From Minisyncoccota bacterium (GTDB lineage: Bacteria; Patescibacteriota; Minisyncoccia; Phycocordibacterales; UBA918): DNA of 64,000 nucleotides. The position numbers and the translations under genes are program-made. This document shows, piece after piece, positions 40,087 to 49,565 of the stretch (position 1 is the first letter of the stretch; each line of letters begins with the position of its first letter). The stretch spans positions 25,120 through 89,119 of the forward strand of contig JAWKSQ010000003.1 in NCBI GenBank assembly GCA_041389045.1. The letters run 5' to 3'. A model generated the notes under the pieces. That model searched no databases. It worked only from the letters and a program-made list of their open reading frames with translations, and was not told the origin of the DNA.

Positions 40087-40803
40087 ATGACCAGCTACCT
40101 AATAACCTCAATTGCTATCATTGCGGCCTTTTATATGTGTCGAATGGCCTACTATGGTTACAAATCTAAAGTACTAGGAAAGACAGTTACTCCTTTTACT
40201 AAGTATGACAAGAAGTTGAAAAAAAGATTATTATTGATTGGTGATAGTACTGTCTACGGCGTCGGCACGACTAGTTCGGACTGTTCGTACGGTGGCCAGA
40301 TTGCCCATGATTTTCCCAATTACGAAATACACAACCGTGCTAAAAATGCCGCCAAAGTCAGTGATTTGATGAATCAAATCGACCACTTTCCACCCCACTT
40401 CTTTGATCACACAATTATTTTTATTGGTGGCATGGACACGCTACATTTTACAACCAAAAGAAAACTGATGAAAACTTTTAAGTCCCTTTCAACTAAACTT
40501 CATATTTTAACTAAAGGATCAGTCGTTATCGTCTCGGTTAACAATGTCGGAACTGTACCCTTTATGTTGTCACCACTAAAGCAACTTTATACTTGGCGCA
40601 GTCGTAAAGTATCAAGTTACTTTAGTGAGATTGCTAATGAAAATGGTTTTACTCACGTACCACTATTCCGTGAAAAGGCTGAAGATGAGTTTACCAAAGA
40701 CACTAAGCAAACCTTAGCCCTTGATTGTATTCACCCTAATGACAATGGTTATCGACTATTGTATCGCTCATTTCTTTACCCCACTCTCAAAAACTCTTTA
40801 TAA
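40087..40803 (+). CDS. SGNH/GDSL hydrolase (lipase/esterase) with N-terminal TM anchor
   Basis: LLLIGDSTVYG (GDS block) and DCIHPN (DxxH block). Confidence 0.6.
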   Translation: MTSYLITSIAIIAAFYMCRMAYYGYKSKVLGKTVTPFTKYDKKLKKRLLLIGDSTVYGVGTTSSDCSYGGQIAHDFPNYEIHNRAKNAAKVSDLMNQIDHFPPHFFDHTIIFIGGMDTLHFTTKRKLMKTFKSLSTKLHILTKGSVVIVSVNNVGTVPFMLSPLKQLYTWRSRKVSSYFSEIANENGFTHVPLFREKAEDEFTKDTKQTLALDCIHPNDNGYRLLYRSFLYPTLKNSL

Positions 40804-40804
40804 T

Positions 40805-41266
40805 TTATCCGCCAAGACGTTTAATGGACGCATACTGCTCAGCACTAATCTGACAAACTGACAATCGATTTCCTTTTTTAACAAATGGAATTTCAGAGAA
40901 TTCTTCTCTTTCTTTCAGAGTCTTAAGGGTGACAACTTTATTAAATTTTTTAATAAACTTAACTTTTGGTGAAAGCCAACGCGGGTCGGTTTTGGCTGAT
41001 TTTGCATCAAAATATTTACTTTTACGGTCGAACTGTGAAGGGTCAATCACTGGCACTTCTATCACCTCCATCTCCCCCACTACTCCAAGCGGGTCGGCAT
41101 TAGAATGATAGAAAAGGGCTACATCACCCTTCCTCATTACGTCACGAAACATATTCCTGACCTGATAATTTCTTACTCCATCCCAAATAGCCGTACCTTG
41201 TTTTTCCAGATCATCAATACCAAATTCTTCAGGCTCACCTTTCATTAACCAATATTGTTTAGCCAT
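40805..41266 (-). CDS. EVE (PUA-like) domain protein
   Basis: MAKQYWLMKGEPEEF start and EVE-fold conservation through the C-terminus. Confidence 0.7.
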   Translation of the reverse strand: MAKQYWLMKGEPEEFGIDDLEKQGTAIWDGVRNYQVRNMFRDVMRKGDVALFYHSNADPLGVVGEMEVIEVPVIDPSQFDRKSKYFDAKSAKTDPRWLSPKVKFIKKFNKVVTLKTLKEREEFSEIPFVKKGNRLSVCQISAEQYASIKRLGG

Positions 41267-41281
41267 AACTCACTACATTAT

Positions 41282-41313
41282 AACGTAAAAACGCCCGAAG
41301 GCGTTTTTACGTT
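41282..41313. terminator. bidirectional rho-independent terminator (14-bp perfect stem AACGTAAAAACGCC / GGCGTTTTTACGTT)
   Basis: Perfect stem with a CGAA loop and A/T runs on both sides. Downstream of the minus-strand SLT gene. Confidence 0.6.
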
Positions 41314-41319
41314 AATCTT

Positions 41320-41586
41320 TTAGATATTCATTGCGAGTGATCTATTCCAACAAGGAGCAGATGCATTCCAAGGTCTTGTACCCTGTGTCTCATAGAGATG
41401 TCGGGCATAAGCCATGTTTTCATGAATATCCTCTAAATTCAGATTCATCGCTGTAGCTGCCTTTAAGTGATAACGTTTGTTAATTTGCATAACACCGGTA
41501 TCATCTGGATCAACTACTCCTCTAAGGACACTTCCGTCCGCTAGAGTGTGTCTAAAGGTAGACTCACAGCGTGCAATCTGCACCAT
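41320..41586 (-). CDS. lytic transglycosylase (SLT-domain) protein, N-terminus uncertain
   Basis: ARCESTF (catalytic ES motif) and GVMQIN (GLMQ motif). The upstream in-frame sequence up to 41772 encodes a hydrophobic signal/TM segment but has no canonical start, so a frameshift is possible. Confidence 0.5.
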   Translation of the reverse strand: MVQIARCESTFRHTLADGSVLRGVVDPDDTGVMQINKRYHLKAATAMNLNLEDIHENMAYARHLYETQGTRPWNASAPCWNRSLAMNI

Positions 41587-41865
41587 TACTGGTATGTCAC
41601 TAAAGTAAGATTTTACAAGGTTCTCAGTACTCTGACTTTCATTTTGTTCAGACTTTCCTGCTACACTTGCTGTTTCTATATGCCCATACTCAGCACTGGT
41701 CGGGATAGTGGTTGAGATTGAAGTAACCGCTAGAACCGCCAGAATGACAGTGGATATAATAAGCCAATGGTCTTATCTAACAAATACCAACTTCAACGTC
41801 GGTAACCGCAGAATCATATCATACGTAGCGGATTTATATTATATTAGCACACTTTACAGTTTTTG

Positions 41866-42717
41866 TCAATGTTTAAGACTCTTTTGCTCTAAATAAGCCA
41901 TAGCACCGTATAGTCCAGATTCATCCTTAAATTCAGCCATAGTAATGAAAGGACAGGTCACAAAACCATCCAAAGCCTCCACTGTATATTTACGAATAGC
42001 TTCGATCTCTATCCTCGGATCTCCGTGTATCATGGAGCCACCAAGCACAATTACATCAGGTGACCAGTACAAAATAGTATTTCGCAAGCCTTGAGCCAGA
42101 TACTCTGCCAACTCATCCCAAATCATGTCAGACTGTGGTATTTCGTATGGTTTAACACCCATCCTAGTCTCGAGTCCAGTACCTGAGACCAAATTCTCTA
42201 GCGTAGGCGTAATCTCTTCACCCAGGATGGTTCGGTCAATATCTAACACCTGGTGTCCTGGTTCGAAGCCTTCACTTGCTTCATCGATAACACCGTGCTC
42301 AATTTTGACTCCACCTACCCCAGTACTGATAGTGTGATAAACCACGATATCCATACCTTTCCCAGCTCCAAAATTTGCCTCACCCAGACCAGCCATCGCT
42401 GTATCATTTTCTACATAGACATCGGTCTTAAAATGCTTACCTAAAGCCTCGACAATAGACCGGTTTGCCCAGTTACTTAAAGTAGCATCATTGTGAATAC
42501 CAGATTTATCTTCACTAATTCGGCCTCTAATACCAACAGCAATTCCCTTTACCTTATTTTTTCCCATGAGAACATCAGCCTGCTTGACGATTTCTGACAT
42601 AGCATCATCAAAACCCTTCTTGGTCTTGAAAGAAGATTTGTCCTTAATAACACTAAGATCATCACTAACAGCTAGTCTGGTCTTAGTCCCGCCAATATCA
42701 AGCATTAAGTAGGTCAT
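41866..42717 (-). CDS. ROK-family sugar kinase (glucokinase-like)
   Basis: LDIGGTKTRLAV N-terminal ATPase motif and ROK core GTGVGGVKI. No CxC zinc motif. Confidence 0.75.
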   Translation of the reverse strand: MTYLMLDIGGTKTRLAVSDDLSVIKDKSSFKTKKGFDDAMSEIVKQADVLMGKNKVKGIAVGIRGRISEDKSGIHNDATLSNWANRSIVEALGKHFKTDVYVENDTAMAGLGEANFGAGKGMDIVVYHTISTGVGGVKIEHGVIDEASEGFEPGHQVLDIDRTILGEEITPTLENLVSGTGLETRMGVKPYEIPQSDMIWDELAEYLAQGLRNTILYWSPDVIVLGGSMIHGDPRIEIEAIRKYTVEALDGFVTCPFITMAEFKDESGLYGAMAYLEQKSLKH

Positions 42718-43970
42718 ATTTCTAGTATCTCCTTGGTCTTCTTTTTATAGAGTTCAACATTAGGCTGATTGAAGGCATTTACTTCCAGTAAATTAGCGGT
42801 ATACATAATCTCCCGCACACGCATACCCATAAATTGTCCAACTGAATAAGCCAAGTTCTCCTCAAAGACCGTCGCTCGGTAAGGTAGCTGGCTTTCTTGA
42901 TAAGCGCCAATCACACCACCATAAAGAGCGGTAGCGACCTCTTGCAGTGAAAAACCATTAAGACTTGGGGCTAACTTATTTTTCTTAGGCAAGAAAACAT
43001 CTAGTTCTTCATCATCGAAGGTAACAAAATCTGTATAAACATCAGGTACCCCACTCATGTACAGTTGTCCGACCGAATGGAGTTCCACCGGAGTCGAGAT
43101 GGTCGGTAACATGGCGTGAGAAACGGCTTTGCCCGACAAAGTCTCTGTCTTACCTAGACTCTCAGCAAATAACTGTCGATACCACCTCCCTAGTTGCTCG
43201 AGCCTGGTTTCAAAAGCAAAGAAATTATAGTGTGGGAACTTAAGTTTGTGATAGATAGCTAACCGCGCCGAACTATCTGCCACCACCGATTCCAAAGTCT
43301 CGCTACTAACATCCAAATAACCCATAATAAACTCGTCCACATCGTGTCCGAGCAAGGTTAAGGGTACTAACCCTACTGCTGTAGCGACTGAATAGCGACC
43401 CCCAATTACTTCCGGCATAGCGATGCAGTCTACTTTAAGTTTTTTTCCGTATTTGAAAAAATCAGTTCCCGGGTTACCAATGAAAATCGTTTGATTGTAG
43501 ATCGCGTCACCAAACTTGGTCTTAAGGTCTCCTAGTAACACGGTGGCGTTCGCTAGCGTTTCTGTCGTTTGACCAGACTTACTAATCACACATACCGCAA
43601 TCTGGGTGACTTTTTTAACTGCACTAAGCTCTTGGCGAATTTCGGCTAGCCGGCTGACTGAAACAGTGTCTAGGACCAGTAGCTTAGTTTTACCATTACT
43701 TAAGACAGCATGGACTGCTTCCGTACCTAGGTTGGAGCCACCGATGCCGACTAAGACTACATACTTAACTCCCTTATATTTTCTTTTTACCTCAGCTAGC
43801 TGAGTATGAAGTTCTGGATCCTTAGCATGATATAGGGAATACTCAGGGATAGACTTATTATTGTCTCGTTCGGCCTGCACAACATATTCGCGATACTCGC
43901 GCAGTTGTTTACTTAGTTTAGCGAGTTGAGTGTCAGTTACTCGTGAATCGTCAAAATAAGATATATTCAT
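42714..43970 (-). CDS. pgi: glucose-6-phosphate isomerase
   Basis: GIGGSNLGTEAV SIS-domain motif. 418 aa. Confidence 0.85.
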   Translation of the reverse strand: MNISYFDDSRVTDTQLAKLSKQLREYREYVVQAERDNNKSIPEYSLYHAKDPELHTQLAEVKRKYKGVKYVVLVGIGGSNLGTEAVHAVLSNGKTKLLVLDTVSVSRLAEIRQELSAVKKVTQIAVCVISKSGQTTETLANATVLLGDLKTKFGDAIYNQTIFIGNPGTDFFKYGKKLKVDCIAMPEVIGGRYSVATAVGLVPLTLLGHDVDEFIMGYLDVSSETLESVVADSSARLAIYHKLKFPHYNFFAFETRLEQLGRWYRQLFAESLGKTETLSGKAVSHAMLPTISTPVELHSVGQLYMSGVPDVYTDFVTFDDEELDVFLPKKNKLAPSLNGFSLQEVATALYGGVIGAYQESQLPYRATVFEENLAYSVGQFMGMRVREIMYTANLLEVNAFNQPNVELYKKKTKEILEI

Positions 43971-43972
43971 GT

Positions 43973-44746
43973 TTATACTTGTCTAATATTGCTACAGTCA
44001 ACGTGCTTTAACGCATATTTATAAGCATCTTCTACCGAATCCACTACATGGAATAGTTCCATGTCTTCTTTGCTAATTGTCTTGAATTTTTTAATTAAAT
44101 CCTTTTCAAACCATTTAAGTAGAGGTTCCCAGAACTCCTTACCGTAAAGAATGATCGGCACCGGCTCAATTTTCTTAGTCTGAATTAGAGTTACAATCTC
44201 AAAAAATTCATCTAGTGTGCCAAAACCGCCAGGGAAATAAATATACACCTCCGACGCAAAAGTAAGCATCACTTTTCGTGAAAAGAAATATTTGAAACTT
44301 AATGAATCAGTGGTGTAAGGGTTTAACTTTTGTTCAAATGGCAGTTCAATATTGAGCCCAATTGACTTCCCTCCTACCTTAAAAGCCCCGACGTTAGAAG
44401 CCTCCATAATGCCAGGACCGCCTCCAGAAATAATGGCAAAGCCTTTCTTAGCTAACTTGGCTGCCAACTCTTCAGCTGCTTTGTAGTACGGGTCCTTAGG
44501 TGTCAGTCTAGCACTACCCCAGAAAGTTGCTGACAAACCATAATTACGAAGCATCTCAAACCCTTGCACAAACTCAGACATAATGCGAAAAACTCGCCAT
44601 GACTGAACTGCTCCATCATTTCCCTCTGGATCCAATAATTGATTAACTACTCGGCAGTGTGGTGCCACTTCTTTCTTTTTACTTTTACCCATTCCAAATA
44701 TTTTCTTAACCATAGATAATTTATTGTAACACTCTAGTTGGACCAA
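43973..44746 (-). CDS. LOG family protein (cytokinin riboside 5'-monophosphate phosphoribohydrolase-like)
   Basis: GGGPGIMEA and PGGFGTLDE LOG motifs. Confidence 0.75.
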   Translation of the reverse strand: MVQLECYNKLSMVKKIFGMGKSKKKEVAPHCRVVNQLLDPEGNDGAVQSWRVFRIMSEFVQGFEMLRNYGLSATFWGSARLTPKDPYYKAAEELAAKLAKKGFAIISGGGPGIMEASNVGAFKVGGKSIGLNIELPFEQKLNPYTTDSLSFKYFFSRKVMLTFASEVYIYFPGGFGTLDEFFEIVTLIQTKKIEPVPIILYGKEFWEPLLKWFEKDLIKKFKTISKEDMELFHVVDSVEDAYKYALKHVDCSNIRQV

Positions 44747-45330
44747 GGTATCGGAAAGTCCGCAAATTCGGGGAGAAGCATTCGATCGTGAAGTAACCTG
44801 GCCACCACTTCAGCGTGGCACATAGCGCCAGTTAGTGCATTATGTGGTTCTGGTTCAGCCGGGATACCACAGTAATTTAAAACAGCATCTAAGTTAAGGG
44901 CACTACGACGATGCTGTGGATCAATCGGCGGTACCAGACCCCGCTTCACCATATGCATAAAGCATAAGGTATGAGTATCAATCGTGCGGTGGGCCATATC
45001 CCAAGGTAGACCGGCTCTACCACAAGCAGCCTTAAGCATGTCGCGATCAAAGGATACATTCTGGCCAGTCAGAGTTCGGTCGGTTAAATGTTGTGACCAT
45101 TCCATAAAAGCTCGTACTAGTTCAGCTTCACTAACTTTACTTTTGTCAGTTAGTTCAGCTTCACCAAGACCATGGATAGCAGTGGCTTCTTCCATAATAT
45201 GGGCCCCTTCCCAGATGCGACATTCGCCATAAAATCTATTGTTTGGATTGTCATAGTCCAACGCACCAATCGAAATAATTGAGTGTTTGTCATAGACTAC
45301 TCCGGAAGCTTCAACATCTACAATTAACAT
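44734..45330 (-). CDS. DEDDh 3'-5' exonuclease (DnaQ/epsilon-like)
   Basis: Exo I VDVEASG, Exo II FDRDML and Exo III H...HAEV motifs. Confidence 0.7.
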   Translation of the reverse strand: MLIVDVEASGVVYDKHSIISIGALDYDNPNNRFYGECRIWEGAHIMEEATAIHGLGEAELTDKSKVSEAELVRAFMEWSQHLTDRTLTGQNVSFDRDMLKAACGRAGLPWDMAHRTIDTHTLCFMHMVKRGLVPPIDPQHRRSALNLDAVLNYCGIPAEPEPHNALTGAMCHAEVVARLLHDRMLLPEFADFPIPWSN

Positions 45331-45338
45331 AAGGAAAT

Positions 45339-46136
45339 TTATCTAACGGTTATAACATTCATCCTATCATAAACATGCGCCACGGCTGCCCCAAAATATA
45401 TGATGGCCGCCAAGACATAGACCCACACCAGAAGAACTAGAGTTAGTCCTGTCGCTCCAAAAATACTTAAGACGGGATTAGCGGCTAAGTAGAGTGCAAC
45501 CAGACCCTTAGCAAACATAAAAAGTACCCCTGAAACCATACTACCCACTATTGCCCCTTGCAGACTTAAAACATTCTTTACCAAAAACCGAAACAATAAG
45601 AAAAAGATTAGCGGGATACTTAAGAAAAGAATTATTTCTGATATCAAGTTACCAAAAGGAAAGCTGAAGTAAGTAACCAATCCATTCAGTCCGATAATTA
45701 CAAAAAAGTAAATTTGTAAAATAAAGATAAAAGTTATCGATCGCCAGGTACGAGAAATAAAAGACACCAGGCCAGAGGATTCAATTTTCCATAAGCGAGA
45801 AAAGCCCACACCAGGTACATTTAAAGCGAACAGACTCATACTGGAGAAAAATACAATGGCCAGAATTGGAATACTGTAAGTTTGTGATTCTAAATCGAGA
45901 TTTTGCACAGCAACATTGATAAGTGCGAGCAGATCATCACCCAAGATAGTACCCCAACTTAAAAAAATACTTTTCACAAAAAGTGACCCGTAGAAAAAAC
46001 CTGAGACAGCGATTGAAAGTAAGACTAAAGGAATGAGTGCTAGTGGCGCATAATACGAGAAAGCCGCCGAATAATAACCCATATCATTGCGAATCCACTC
46101 TTCAATCGCCTGGTAAAACATCTGAATGTATTTCAT
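45339..46136 (-). CDS. YihY/BrkB-family membrane protein
   Basis: Six-TM YihY architecture (FSYYAPLALIPLVLLSIAV). Confidence 0.7.
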   Translation of the reverse strand: MKYIQMFYQAIEEWIRNDMGYYSAAFSYYAPLALIPLVLLSIAVSGFFYGSLFVKSIFLSWGTILGDDLLALINVAVQNLDLESQTYSIPILAIVFFSSMSLFALNVPGVGFSRLWKIESSGLVSFISRTWRSITFIFILQIYFFVIIGLNGLVTYFSFPFGNLISEIILFLSIPLIFFLLFRFLVKNVLSLQGAIVGSMVSGVLFMFAKGLVALYLAANPVLSIFGATGLTLVLLVWVYVLAAIIYFGAAVAHVYDRMNVITVR

Positions 46137-46153
46137 GTTTATATTCTAACCCA

Positions 46154-46531
46154 CTACAGTCCTGGACAGTTAGCTGCCTTGGTATAACCAGCCGCCTCAG
46201 CCTCTACCTGAGTTTCGAAATAAATCACGTTGTCGGGCTTTATTTGTTTTGCGCCTGGACAAGTAGCTAAATGGTACTTAGTACCGGCTTTAGAGGCAAC
46301 TAAGGGAAAGGTGGTATTTCCAGTTTCGACCGTAGGAGTAATGACATTAGCGGTCTGGTTTGAAGCAGTTTTGGGACGTGACACTATCTCAATCCGATTA
46401 AAATCCTTATTTTCAGGGATATTATTAGCAACTGACTGCTGACCAAGCAAAAAAGAACCAATCCCGACCAGGATAACCAATAAACCGTAAAATATTTGAT
46501 CATTGCGCAGTAAAGACTTGAGTTTTTCCAT
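46154..46531 (-). CDS. membrane-anchored protein with a C-terminal Ada-like Cys-containing domain
   Basis: N-terminal TM helix. The C-terminal 40 aa (YHLATCPGAKQIKPDNVIYFETQVEAEAAGYTKAANC) resemble the Ada N-terminal metal-binding pattern YH..C...I.P.N..F.S..EA.AAGY..C. Confidence 0.35.
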   Translation of the reverse strand: MEKLKSLLRNDQIFYGLLVILVGIGSFLLGQQSVANNIPENKDFNRIEIVSRPKTASNQTANVITPTVETGNTTFPLVASKAGTKYHLATCPGAKQIKPDNVIYFETQVEAEAAGYTKAANCPGL

Positions 46532-46580
46532 TATATACAGTATAGTACCCGCTATTACGTTTCATTAATTATTATATACT

Positions 46581-46856
46581 ATGGCAACCAAGAAAGCCGC
46601 GGGTACCGCTAAGAACCTGCGCGATTCACAACCAAAATACTTAGGAATCAAGAAAACTGCAGGTGAAAAAGTAAATACTGGCGAAATTATCGTACGACAA
46701 AGAGGTACAAAAATTGAAGCTGGAAAAGGAGTAAGAATTGGTAAAGACCATACTCTTTACGCTGGTACTCCAGGGACTGTTTCTTTCCGCAATATGCGCA
46801 AACGAAAGTTTGACGGTAATATCGTAGTAAAGAAAGCGGTTGATGTAGTTGCCTAA
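46581..46856 (+). CDS. rpmA: 50S ribosomal protein L27
   Basis: L27 core ([21 protein letters not shown] ... GTPGTVSF). Confidence 0.9.
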   Translation: MATKKAAGTAKNLRDSQPKYLGIKKTAGEKVNTGEIIVRQRGTKIEAGKGVRIGKDHTLYAGTPGTVSFRNMRKRKFDGNIVVKKAVDVVA

Positions 46857-46878
46857 TCTACTCGTATATAAAACAAAA

Positions 46879-46910
46879 GGCTGGCCCGTACGGGCCAGCC
46901 TATTGTTTTA
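46879..46910. terminator. bidirectional rho-independent terminator (GGCTGGCC..GGCCAGCC)
   Basis: An 8-10-bp GC stem followed by TATTGTTTT on the plus strand and T-rich sequence on the minus strand. It lies between rpmA and the convergent PPIase gene. Confidence 0.65.
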
Positions 46911-46926
46911 CTTTCACCAGATAGCG

Positions 46927-47634
46927 TTAGTCCTTGATCACCACAGACTCCACAATCACCGCTTCAAGTGGCATGTCATTACCATTCACTTCTACCTTAG
47001 CAATCTTATCTACTACTTCCATTCCGCTTAATACTCGTCCAAAAACTGGATGTTTAGAGGAGAAAGGCGGCTTATCAAAATCCAAGTTTGTATTGTCAGC
47101 TACGTTTATAAAAAACTGACTACCACCTGATTCCGGACCTGAATTAGCCATAGAAATGGTACCTCGTACGTTTGTGAGATATTCACCAGCTATATGCTCA
47201 TCTGGTATTGCATACCCAGGACCACCAGTACCATATCGTAAGAACTCTTCTGTTTTAGTAATTGGGTCACCAGACTGAATCATGAAGCCATCAATTACCC
47301 GATGAAACTTGACTCCATTATAGAAACCATCCTTGGCCAAAGTAATAAAGTTACCAGCGGTAATTGGCATAGTATCTTCAAACAACTCCAACTCGAACTT
47401 ACCTTGGTTAGTATTAAACTCTGCCACTGGGTTATTTTCGTTTGTCATATTTACGTTATAGGCTTTTAGGTTTTCTGCGGTTAATGGTGCTTGAAGCTTT
47501 TCTTGGGCGTCATTATTACTTAGCTGTGCCTGAGTAGAACTATTACTTGGACCAAGCCAAAAAGCCAAACCCCAGGTCATAGCCAAACTTAGAACAACAA
47601 CGACAGAAACGGTGATGATATTACTTTTTGACAT
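46927..47634 (-). CDS. ppiB: peptidyl-prolyl cis-trans isomerase, cyclophilin type, membrane-anchored
   Basis: Cyclophilin signature (FHRVIDGFMIQSGDP, MANSGPESGGSQFFI) with an N-terminal TM helix. Confidence 0.85.
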   Translation of the reverse strand: MSKSNIITVSVVVVLSLAMTWGLAFWLGPSNSSTQAQLSNNDAQEKLQAPLTAENLKAYNVNMTNENNPVAEFNTNQGKFELELFEDTMPITAGNFITLAKDGFYNGVKFHRVIDGFMIQSGDPITKTEEFLRYGTGGPGYAIPDEHIAGEYLTNVRGTISMANSGPESGGSQFFINVADNTNLDFDKPPFSSKHPVFGRVLSGMEVVDKIAKVEVNGNDMPLEAVIVESVVIKD

Positions 47635-47651
47635 AATTTATGATAAATAAT

Positions 47652-48092
47652 TTATTTTGCTACCACAGAAATAGATACGTTGGTTTTGTAATCATTGGCT
47701 ACCAATGTCACTTCAGCCAGACCAACCGCTTTAATCACTGTATCCATTTTTACAAACTGTTCAGGTAGATTAATGTCTCTCGCTTTCGCCGCAGACACTA
47801 CATCACTAACGTGTACACTTTGGAACAAATGACCCTGGTCATTTGCTTCCATTTTTACCACCAGCGGATCTTTAGTGAGCAAGTCGGCAATCTCCTTCAC
47901 TGTAGTAACTTCACCCGCCTTACTAAGGTTCATTAGCTTAGCTTTTTCCTCTACTCTTTTTACATTGGCTGGAGTAGCTGGTTCAGCATCTTTCTGCGGA
48001 ATTAGTTTATTCTGAGCATAACCATCGGGTACGCTTACGATCTCAAAGCGCCTGCCGATTTTTGCTACATCACGAAGTAAAATAACCTTCAT
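47652..48092 (-). CDS. rplI: 50S ribosomal protein L9
   Basis: MKVILLRDVAKIGRRFEIVSVPDGYAQNKLIP L9 N-domain. Confidence 0.85.
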   Translation of the reverse strand: MKVILLRDVAKIGRRFEIVSVPDGYAQNKLIPQKDAEPATPANVKRVEEKAKLMNLSKAGEVTTVKEIADLLTKDPLVVKMEANDQGHLFQSVHVSDVVSAAKARDINLPEQFVKMDTVIKAVGLAEVTLVANDYKTNVSISVVAK

Positions 48093-48175
48093 ACATTAAC
48101 TCATCTTAACTGACTAAACTCTTAACCCTTGCATCATAACAAGATTTTTGGTTGGCACCAACTATAAAGTAGCGA

Positions 48176-49474
48176 CTACTGTACCTCACTAACCACCTCT
48201 TCACCTTGCAAAAACTTTAGCCCGGCTTCGAGTTGTGGATCAATTCCTTCTAGTCTTTGTTCTGGGGTACGTTTAATTACGATATCAGGAGTTAGTCCAC
48301 CATCGGAAATCGATAGACCATTAGGGGTAAACCATCTGGCGATAGTAACTTTCAGACTTGAACCATCATCTATCGGGATCAATTCTTGCACCGAACCTTT
48401 TCCAAAGGTATTGGTGCCGATGAGAGTGGCATAGCCATGCTCTTGCAGAGCCCCAGCTAAAATCTCAGATGCAGAAGCCGAACCAGCGTCGGTCAAAACC
48501 ACAATTTTTTTCGGTTCTCTACCGGTGAGAGTTTTTCCTTGACTACGGTATAACTTTTCTTGTCCTTCTTCACTCTCCCTCTCTCTGACTACTACCTTAC
48601 CAGTTGGTAAGAAATAGCTGGCAATCGCTACCGCGCTTTGCAAGTACCCACCTGGGTTACCACGTAGATCTAGCAAGATATTATCAGCATCACTTTTTAC
48701 GTACTCCCGTAAGGCTTCTTGCATTTTCGCCTCAGCCAACGCATTAAAGCTGTATAAGCTAATGATAAAAGTCTTATCCTTTTGTTCAGTCTTCACGGTT
48801 GGAATGGAGATGGTGTCTCTCGTAACCTCAATATCCATCAACTCAAACTTACCTTCTCGATAAATAGACAACTTAACCACTGTTCCCTTTTCACCTCTTA
48901 TCTGTCGCACTGCATCATCAATCGACATACCTTCAGTAGAATTATCATCAATCTTTACAATCACGTCCCCTGCCATCAGTCCGGCTCTATCAGCCGGAGT
49001 ATCCTTCAGTGGGGCAATGATAGAAATAGCCCCATCTCTAGTCCCGACTTCCATACCAATCCCGCTAAAATTACCAGAAATATCTTCAGAAAAAGCTTCA
49101 CTGTCAGCCGGCGGAAGGAAGACAGTGTAGGGATCACCATAAGCTCCCACCAGACCTCTGATGGCGCCATACATTTTTTCTTCTGCAGTTACTACCTTAG
49201 TAGAACTAGCTGCAATAAACCGTTCATCCAAAAGCCCCCACACATGCCAAAATTCTGTTAGATCGACACCAGCTTCCTTAGCTTTTGCTTCTGGCCGAGC
49301 AAAAATAGAAAAAATACTAGCCGTTTGTTCGTTAGCCATCAGCACCCTTTCGGTTTGCAAACCAGAAAAAAACGCCGCAATTGCTAGAAGCAAAGCCAGA
49401 GTAACTCCTAAGACGCTATTTTTCTTGGTGCCTGACATATTATCTTCCTGTATTGTATTATTATCGTCATTCAT
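48176..49474 (-). CDS. ctpA: carboxyl-terminal processing protease (S41)
   Basis: PDZ domain plus the S41 catalytic region (LDLRGNPGGYL, catalytic Ser/Lys blocks). Confidence 0.85.
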   Translation of the reverse strand: MNDDNNTIQEDNMSGTKKNSVLGVTLALLLAIAAFFSGLQTERVLMANEQTASIFSIFARPEAKAKEAGVDLTEFWHVWGLLDERFIAASSTKVVTAEEKMYGAIRGLVGAYGDPYTVFLPPADSEAFSEDISGNFSGIGMEVGTRDGAISIIAPLKDTPADRAGLMAGDVIVKIDDNSTEGMSIDDAVRQIRGEKGTVVKLSIYREGKFELMDIEVTRDTISIPTVKTEQKDKTFIISLYSFNALAEAKMQEALREYVKSDADNILLDLRGNPGGYLQSAVAIASYFLPTGKVVVRERESEEGQEKLYRSQGKTLTGREPKKIVVLTDAGSASASEILAGALQEHGYATLIGTNTFGKGSVQELIPIDDGSSLKVTIARWFTPNGLSISDGGLTPDIVIKRTPEQRLEGIDPQLEAGLKFLQGEEVVSEVQ

Positions 49475-49565
49475 ATAACTCTAGGCATTATCGCATGAAG
49501 TGTCGATATGGCAAAAATTTCCCTGGGTACTATGTGTTTTGATGCACTTTTGATACACTACACAC

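Noticed and set aside
48782-49261. 159-aa plus-strand ORF, and also 49161-49478
   Set aside because: Antisense within ctpA.
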